This document shows, piece by piece, positions 54,561 through 64,000 of a DNA stretch of 64,000 nucleotides (positions are counted from its first letter, which is position 1; the number at the start of each line of letters is the position of its first letter). Source of the DNA: Octopus sinensis (Eukaryota); the NCBI RefSeq assembly GCF_006345805.1, contig NC_042997.1, forward strand, positions 98,146,001-98,210,000. The letters are read 5' to 3'. A program made the position numbers and the translations under genes. The notes under the pieces are model-generated. The model saw only the letters and a program-made list of their open reading frames with translations, searched no databases and was not told the origin of the DNA.

Positions 54561-56163
54561 TTTGATGATAGAGGCTATGAGGCTCGGTATTTAACGATAA
54601 TTACTTTGAGAAATGTTACGTCAGTTTTCTTCAGAATGTTTTGTGGCATCTTCGTGTTGTGTGGCAGGCATTTTCTGTATAGTAAAATTTATGTTAGATA
54701 CTGTGAAAGCGTGTTGAAATTATGCTTTACATTAAGAGAGTTATTCCAATCATAGTAATATATGTACATATATACTCATGCACACACGCACACACACACA
54801 CATACACACACATGCATGGAAACACACATACACAAACAAGCGTACAATTAGGTGCGTGTGTGTGTATGTATATGCCTGTGTGTGTTAAACACATGCTAAA
54901 TGAAAGCGACACGTTATAAATTGATAAAAGCGATGTAAACATAAGAGATGCACACAAACACACACAGCGCATGAGCACGCACATATACAAGGGTCGGATA
55001 CCAACAAACATGAATACAAGTGAGTCCAGTATATGAAGAGCTAATTAGCATATATATAGCCAATATGGTAGATTATTGGCCTTAATTAGTTTAATTGCAT
55101 CTGAAGTATACCATTGCCTCTTATGAGTTTGTTTTATCTAATAAGTGTTATAATCAGTATAACATAAACTCAAGCACATGGAAGAGTTCTTTAACAATGC
55201 CTTACTTTGAATTTTCTATTTGCTCATAAAGGATTATATAAATAACTTAAATGATGTTGACAATCAAATTAGCTATTGCTAACCCCCTCCACTTTCCTTT
55301 TAACAAGAAAGTTCAAAATATTAATGCAATACAATATTGGGGTTATGGCTTATTTTCCTTTCCTTTACTTCGTTTTATAAGAGATGTCAAATGTTTCGTA
55401 CCCCAAAACAAAATACTGCTAAAATGAATAAGTAATTAAATAAGGAAAGGAAGGAAGAAAGTATGTAGTTTGAAAGTTGCATAAAAGCAACAAATATCTT
55501 ACAAATAGCCATGATTTTAAATGTTAATTCTTAAGAAATATACTTTGAATGTTATTTGTACTGACATTTTTAATTATATTTAGCTATAATAGTCTATGTT
55601 TTTCAAATATCAAAGGGCCTCTAAGAAGAAGCATAACAAACAATCAAGCACGCAAATATCTCAAACATTAACATCATCAACTAAAAATGAATTTATTGTT
55701 TCATTAAAATGAATGTATTATGGTTAGGTATAACAAAATGAAGACATTTTGAAAATAAATGATAGAAAATATACAATAAAACTGAAAATTTATATTCATT
55801 TTGTTCATTATGCCACAAAACGCCACATTGCTTTTAGTAATTTGTTGCTCTCCGGAAAATCGAATTATTGAAATTCAAATGAAAGACGTAATACAAGATA
55901 TGACATAGGCATGAAATGATTGAACAATAATATATCAATGAATAAATTACAGTTAATTGATAGAGCTGGAACCCGTGCAATTATTAAGTTAGTTATTGAT
56001 ACATTAGAGGAGATAAAGGCAGAATGGGTAAGGCAAAAGCAAGATTCATCGCTGTACTTAATTAGACTTTCTGCCGAATGTATCCGAACTCGAGTTGATT
56101 TTGCTTTACATCCATCAGGTGTCGATAAAACGGAAGTACTAGTAACATATTGGTTCTATATAA

Positions 56164-56870
56164 GGCGGCGAGCTGGCAGAATCGATAGCATGGCGGGCAA
56201 AATGCTTAGCGGCATTTCGTCCCATCTTCACGTTCTGAGTTCAGATCCCTCGAGGTCGACTTTCCTTTCATTCTTTAGGAGTCGATAAAATACATATCAT
56301 TTGAGTACCGGGGTTAATGTAATCGACTTACCCCTCCCTCGAAATTGCTGGCTTTGTGTTAAAATTTGAAACTAATACTTTAGTTCTGTTAAATCAACTA
56401 GAATCCCACTCACGAATACTCAACGTCTCATTGCCTTCCATTATAAAACTAAACTGATTTAGATAAGACAAGCCGCAAATAAGTTTATATTTAAAACTCT
56501 TGAATCTTATTATTATTATGCTGAAGGCAGCGAGCTGGCTGAGTCGTTAGCATGCTAGTTGAAATAGTTAGCGGTATTTCACCCGTCGCTACGTTCTGAG
56601 TTCAAATTCCGCCGGGGTCGATAAATTAACTGCCTAAAACTGCAGGCCTTGTGCCTATAATAGGAAAGAATCGTTAGCCCTCCGGGCAAAATGTTTAGCA
56701 GCATTTCGTCCGTCTTTACGTTTTAAGTTCAAATTCCGCCGAGGTCGATTTTGCTTTTCATCCTTTCGAGGTAGATAAAATAAATACCAGTGGAGAACTG
56801 GGGTCGATGTAATTAACTTAACCCCTCCCCTAACTTGCTAACCTTGTTCTGAAATTTGAAATCATTATTA
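56164..56870 (+). mobile_element. Cluster of three tandemly oriented SINE family 2 copies (56164-56380, 56526-56660, 56670-56870)
   Basis: Repeated ggc.gcgagctggc.ga.tcg.tagc...gagttcaaattccgccg.ggtcga heads and bodies; a further partial copy near 56080-56150. Confidence 0.85.
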
Positions 56871-57389
56871 CTATTATGCTATTTTTATTTTTATTTTCTC
56901 TCTTAAAAAGTTAAATCCAAGACAATAACTTCGTTTATAAGCTTATTACAAATCTACTAATTTTTTTTATAACCAAACTTACTAACGGCTTCATTTTCAT
57001 GTATAGATTTGAGGGACATCCTGTTATGGTTTGTGGGGTTATTCTGCATTTAATACAGCATCTAGCTTCACAATTAACTACTAGATGTGGGAGTTAGTGT
57101 TAAACCCACATAAGATTTTTTAAAAACTCAATATATATCGGTGTTTAATTAAAGCTTCTAATTCTTGATGACAACTTAATGATCATAATGTTAATTAAGC
57201 AATAATTACGAAAACATCACGCAGTGTAAAATATGGATTATTTTCATAATCATATTCTGGAGAGAAAAAAACGGTTGCTTTCCGTTTTCTCCATCGACTG
57301 TTGAGCGCTGTAGACAAATGGAAAGTTCTTAATAATACATATCTATATGTTTTCATTAAATGTTATATATTTCTAGATAGTGACTTAAG

Positions 57390-57424
<35 letters not shown>

Positions 57425-59338
57425 TGAGGGGGAGAAAAGTGGAGAGAGGGAGAGAGAAAAAGTGGAGTGAGAAGGAGAGAGAGAGAGAGAGAGAGAGAGC
57501 GGGGAAAGACAGTTTGCATGAATAGCAAAGTGCCATTGAACTACATATTTGCAAAGTGGACTAATGCGATATCAGTTTGATCGCAGAGAAACCGGGATTT
57601 ACCACTCTCAATGAGACTAGTATAATTCATGTAGAAGAAATTTTAGATGAAATTGAAGAACACTCTTTTAAATTAGTTCAGTTCGTTCGGTATTGCAATT
57701 AGAACATTTTGTATTCTTAGCAAGAAAGTCTTAGTTCAATCCTGGCATTAAATTCTGGTTAATTTTCTTTCACTCTATATTTCTTTACAAATATATAACA
57801 TCTAATATCATTCGTATGAAATACCTTGGCTGTTAAAATATAATTTGTCATTTACATCGGTTGTTATACTTGGACCCTATATTACGTTTGTATGTTGAAT
57901 TAAGTTGAGTATATAGATTATCAGCAAAAATTACAACATAGACTATGAGTATCTCGGTTTCTCATTTATTCAGATGATACTCTAGGGAACCGAATAAAAT
58001 GTAGTGTTATATACTTTTGACAAGCAATTATATATGTTCATTGAAAACCATATCACGTAACTGAAATGCGGTCTAACATGAAAAGTGTTATAAGAAAACA
58101 TTTTGAACAATAGTCGGTTTAGTTAACTGGTGATTCACTCAAAAGATGAGAAGGAACAAACAAAGCATTTCCAAGAGCTTTAGATCTACTACACAGTCAC
58201 CTCAGATTATTTCTGCAAGAGTTTGGGATGATTATATAATGAATAAAAGGCAAACCAACTCATGATATATTAGAAGGTCGAGAGAAAGTGAAGGCAAATA
58301 TCCTTCAAATTACAAATTACCACATTAAAAGAACCTTTTAGAGTTGCCCTCGGTAGTGTTTTGTGAATGTTGCTGTATCGCTTTGCATATATGTGAAGTA
58401 CCTATAAAAGCTATGAGGAAACAGAATCGAATGATTTCTTGTAATCCAGTCAGAGTGTAAGGAAATTCTTCCTTTGATTTTATGCCTCTGATTTTAGAGT
58501 TTTCTTTTAGGAGTCGTTCACCATACTTTGATTTTTTTTTTTTACTTTTTCTTTCCAAATCCTTTACTTCCAAGATGCTTGTTCATCCGTGAAGATATGC
58601 TATCATGGTGGTCCTGGAGGAATAGGTTAGAAATGTTATATGCATTTCAAGCATAAAATCCTGTCATAGCATTGGTCGGTGGTTCTTTACAATGTGGCTA
58701 GCTTTGTTTTGCCTTATCAGACATGTTTCTTCCGATGCCAGCGAGATAAATATATATAAATCCCCACTGAGAACTTGCTGGCAAAAGCCGATAAGACACC
58801 CTCGTTAGAAGATCAGCATTTTTGTTCCTGGAGCCACCACTCAATTCCTTTCCTGGTGACTTCCTTGCCTGAACTGATTCTGTCACATTCCCAAGGGTAT
58901 CACCATAGATGCCGTATGTTTCGGGCATAATATTAGGTCAATAATTATTTCGAATTTCTTCACGTCACAGTAATTCTTGATTACACCTCTTTTTCTCACT
59001 CGAGAATGAACCATATATGTATGGGAAGTTGTCACTGTGACTTCTATTCACCGTTCTCCCATATTTTTGTAAACTGTTGATTGATTTCGACTGAATTTTT
59101 TTGAAAATTATTTTTCGTTCAGCTGCTGTTCGCAATGCCATTTCTCTCACTGTCGACTTTTAAATCTTGTTTGAAGCGATCAATTTATACTCAAGTGGGG
59201 TTTTTATGACTAACTATTTTTTTTGTATTACACACACAAGCACACACACACATTACAAACACACATACACACATACAAATGTATATATATAAATATATGC
59301 ACATGTGTATATGTGTATTTATAAGTATATATAAATAA

Positions 59339-59371
<33 letters not shown>

Positions 59372-59520
59372 GTTATTTACATTCGAAATATATATAAACT
59401 GTTTTAAATAATAACTCCTACTAGATGTGTTGAATACCTCTTTCTTTCATTTGTCCACTCACCCATATACATACATATATACACATATATATATACATAC
59501 ATACATACACACACACACAC

Positions 59521-60072
59521 AAGGAAAAGTTCTTAGGTTCACTAAGTGACCTTCATGGAATATGAACAAATGAGGTGTATTTTCAATATAGTCCCCTCTG
59601 CGGTTCACTCACTCCTTCCACCGGCGTGGCATTGCTTGGGTCTCATTGCTGAAGAAGCTTTCATCTTGTTGGTTTAAAAGTCAACAACAGCGGATATGAC
59701 GTCATAATCACTGTGACACTGGTTCCCAGTCAAGTGTTCTTTCATATTAGGTAAAAGTAGATAGTCAAATGGGGCCAAATTAGGGCAATAGAGAGGGTGA
59801 TTAATCAGTTCAAAGTCACGGTCATGCACAGCAATCATTGATACCAAGGGCTCCCTTGCAAACCGACGAATGACACCTAAAACCTTTTTCTTCAGTTTTT
59901 CCTGGGCGTTTAGTTTTGATAGTTGGCATAGTATATTCCTTTAATGTTGTGGCCCTTTTGAAGATAGTCAATAAGCACAATGCCTTTTGCATCCCAAAAA
60001 ACTGAGGCCATCGCCTTTCTTGCAGATGAAACGACCTTGATACCCTTTAAAGCAGGTGAGAAGCAGTGTACA
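59521..60072 (-). mobile_element. Mariner transposase catalytic-domain remnant
   Basis: KAMASVFWDAKGIVLIDYLQKGHNIKGIYYA and HPLYCPNLAPFDYLLLPNMKEHLTG (variant of HPPYSPDLAPSDY); truncated by a TA array at 60073. Confidence 0.88.
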
Positions 60073-60091
60073 TATGTACATATATATATAT

Positions 60092-60136
<45 letters not shown>

Positions 60137-61148
60137 TATATATATACATACATACACCCGATCCGGGGATCCGAGTGTCGAAAGTTGGTACGCTTCAAGT
60201 AGTGAATAGCAGATAGAGATCAAAAAGTGGACAGTATACGATAAGAAATAACAGCTTATCGAAGTCGCGAGGAAATTCGATAAACTGATAGTTTCTATAT
60301 AGCTCGCAGTTAGCAATTAGATAGACTACAAACGCAAATAGATGTACAAACTGAGGGAGAGGATGAGGTAAAATGCATGTTACATGTGTCTCTAAACTTG
60401 CTGTAGCTCTGTATGTAATAGTTATGCAACGAGCTATGCCCAGCGTTGCTAACCATCTGGCTGAGATTATTTTAATGAAACGAAGTTAACTACACCACAA
60501 CGGTCAGTTTAACCGAACGGAGGAGTCAGTACTAATAAATAAAAAAGAATATTAAAACACAAAAGATCAAGGCGTGTGTCAAGAGAACCAATGAGCGATA
60601 AAGCAAAGAATAAGATTATGGAAGAGCGGGTGTTGTTTAAAGTTGAGACGTAGGAAGGGAAGAAAGTGGAGGGGAAAAGGGGAGGGAAAAAATGAAGAAG
60701 AAAACAGAAAATGGTTGTTATCGTTAAGTGGAAAATATTGTATTCATAAACGTCCATCCAACAACGGTGACGACAGATTTTTGACGACTACTAGAATTCG
60801 ATCGTTCATGTTAATAAGGGTATAGGGGTAGCTTTCGCTCTGCACAATACAAGGCGCCAGTACATCGGCATGCTCATCCACATGACGATGAATACAGATA
60901 TGCACACACGCACACACATACATGCAGACACACGCCACTCACTCGCACACACACACACACACACACATATTCACACACACACATACACACACATGCATAT
61001 ATAAGGTATATATGCACCCACACATATTTGCGTAGGGAAAAAGGAGGGTGTGGTTATATGAACCTTGCTAGGAAAAAGTCAAAGAATAAAAGAGATATAG
61101 GGAGAAAACAAAAATAAAATCAAGGAGATATAAAGAGATAAAATAACG

Positions 61149-61230
<82 letters not shown>

Positions 61231-61834
61231 CTATGTGTATACACATATACATGTATATGTGTGTGCGTGCTTGTGTGTGTGTGTGTTTGTGTAATAGCTT
61301 AAAAGCTATATACTATCTTACGTAGTATATAGCTTTTAAGCAACTGACCCACCGAATAGGAAGATCTGAAAACAGATCTCTGACTTGATTTAGAAAATTT
61401 GTGGCAATTGCTTCCTCCAGAGTCATAACTCAATGATGACCATATTCGTCGCAAAAAATCATGTCAAAAACAATCGCAGTAATGAAAACATAAGAATCCA
61501 AAATTTCAAGATTACAGGTCTGGATTTGATACGGAGTACTCACGGCGTTAGCCTTTAGATTATGAAAATTGCTATCATACAAAACAATTTATCGGAAAAT
61601 GTCACGTAAAATAATCGCCGAAAATAATCAAAGTAACGAAAACTTAGCAATACAGAATTTCAGTATTGTTGGTCCGGATTCAGCTCGGAATGTTTTTAAT
61701 TTTCTCACGGAGTCTGCCTGATTCTAAAATGGTATGATAAGTTGGGCTACTGCCTCTAGGAGTAAAACTGAAAAAGTGTGACACACTGGGACATTGACAT
61801 TAACATTAATCATATTATATTATAGTATATCAAA

Positions 61835-62190
61835 GCTGCGAGCTGGCAGAATCGTTAGCACGCCGGGCGAAATGCTAAGCGGTATTTTGTCTGCCGCTAC
61901 GTTCTGAGTTCAAATTCCGCCGAGGTCGACTTTGCCTTTCATCCTTTCGGGGTCGATTAAATAAGTACCAGTTACGCACTGGGGTCGATGTAATCGACTT
62001 AATCCCTTTGTCTGTCCTTATTTGTCCTCTCTGTGTTTAGCCCCTTGTGGCTAGTAAAGAAATAGGTATTTTGTCTGCCATTAGGGTGGATAAAATTAGT
62101 ACCAGTTACGTACTGGAGTCAATGTACCCGACTTAAATCCTTCTCCTAAATTTGAGACCTTGTGCTTCCAGTAGAAAGGATTTATTAAAA
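61835..62190 (+). mobile_element. SINE family 2 (one full copy plus a partial tandem copy)
   Basis: Complete head, gcctttcatcctttcggggtcgattaaataagtaccagttacgcactggggtcgatgtaatcgact core and tail; partial repeat from ~62063. Confidence 0.9.
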
Positions 62191-62316
62191 TTGAAAAAGT
62201 GTAACACACTGATATTCACATTTATTATATTAGATATGTTTAATTTTGGGGAAACTTTATTTCAATTAAAGTGTATTTTATATACACACACATATATATG
62301 TGTGTGTGTGTGTATG

Positions 62317-62372
<56 letters not shown>

Positions 62373-62934
62373 ATGTATTATAAATATATATATATATATA
62401 TATATGTATTAAAGAAAGCAAAAAATAAAACAAAAATTGAGTGTTCAGTATGTTGGTTCAGTGTTCAGTATGTTGGCCACAGAAATTTCTGTCAAAGAGA
62501 CATGGTTAAACAAAGCTGTACATCATCTTCCTTTTTCTCTGACATACCCACTCTTTCTTTCTTTCTTTCTCTCTCTCTCTCTCTCTCTCATTACTGCACT
62601 CTCACCATTAACACTACTACTTTAAATAAAACATCAACTCACTCTCTAAATTTCTTTCTCTCTTTTTGTTAAGTGGAATGAATGTGAAATAATGTTGTTA
62701 CAAAGTTAGTTTCTTAATTATACAACCACCTCTGCGTGACTTGTGTGTAATACACACACACACACACACACACGCGCACACAAACACACACATATATGTC
62801 CTCTTCTGTTTTTAACTATTCAAAGTTTTCCTGTGAGGAAAGAGTTGTAATGTAGGTGACAAAATCCATGTAATATTTTAAAGTTAAGATTACCATTGGA
62901 TATTTTTACTGTTCTACTTATTGTATTTTTGACG

Positions 62935-63013
<79 letters not shown>

Positions 63014-64000
63014 AAACCATAGAAACTTAGGAGGTGTAAGATGTGACGGTATTTGCTTAACCGGCTGTCCATCCTCAGCCTTTTTCATGTAATAATAATT
63101 TTAGCATATAATAAATTATGTTTACATGCCTTTAATTATACATGTTTGCTGCGCATTATTCAGTTTGAATGTATATATACTAATGAATCAAAGTAAAGAA
63201 AGCTAGCTCATCAGATCACCGGAATATTATGGTTATACAAATGTTCCAACACCGTATATGTGTATGTTTCTAAGTATGTATACATAAATACAGGCATACG
63301 AGAAAAATATATGGCGTTGCCCGGAAAATAAAGAACACAAAAATATATTATTTGTAACATATAAACACATTTCTTAAATTAGTACTTGTATTTCAATAAC
63401 ACATTGCGAAACGAAGTAACACAGAAACATTCCAGACGTGCTGGTTAAACACATACTATTAAATGTTATGTTAAGCTCTAATCTAAATCATTGTATTTCT
63501 GACTCAGTGTCGGATTTTCCAGTATGATAATTTTCACAATATAAATTCACCTACGGAGTAAATATCTCTAATTTTCTGTTTACTTGTCTTTTTACATTTA
63601 CCCTCCATTTTCCTATGCTTTGAATGCTCCATTTCATTCAATGAAAAATGAATTGTCTGATAACCTTACGGGGGGGACTTATTAACTTAATTGTAAATTT
63701 TGTATTAAAATGATTAACTGAATTTTATTGAAGTTGTTTATTAGACGCATATGTCTGAACTTGAAGGTGTTTTCTTTTTCCTAGTTCTATCAGAAACATC
63801 TTTGATCAATCGATTTTCTTTACCATATTCTTGATTAACTGTCTGAACATGTATTTCAATAAGTTGCAATGTCAGCAAAGATGTTTAGTTCTGTTCTGTG
63901 AAAATGGTGGTTTTTCTGATGTCTAAATGTAATAGATCTTCAGTCTTTATCAAAATTTAAGCTGTTTACTAAAGCATCGTTTTGCAACAATTTTAAGTCC

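Noticed and set aside
58060-59200. Possible additional PLE remnant (ORFs 58325-58573 and 58965-59150, minus strand)
   Set aside because: Only vague similarity; no diagnostic motif could be read.

Overview
Very AT-rich, repeat-saturated animal DNA, most likely an octopod cephalopod. That assignment is an inference from my recognition of the tRNA-derived SINE families and the long (TA)n/(TATG)n arrays. No complete host gene is visible; one plausible 135-nt internal exon lies on the minus strand at 37359-37493. Almost all long ORFs in the track (YI/VCM/HT-rich) are microsatellite artefacts. Recognisable content: three decayed CR1-group LINE copies (endonuclease + RT), one near-continuous Penelope-like element (PLE; RT + GIY-YIG) at 8.4-10.5 kb, several older PLE remnants, mariner fragments, two SINE families and two MITE-like hairpins. 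Most interesting signal: at least six minimal hammerhead-ribozyme-like motifs from about four sequence families, located in PLE terminal repeats (pLTRs). One has an apparently compensatory U3-A8 core, and its predicted cleavage site lies within 1 nt of the breakpoint of the element's inverted 5' copy. Several solo or fold-back pLTR units sit inside TA microsatellites. The LINE and one SINE family share a 3' stem-loop with compensatory changes. All calls are from reading by eye; no database search or folding was run.
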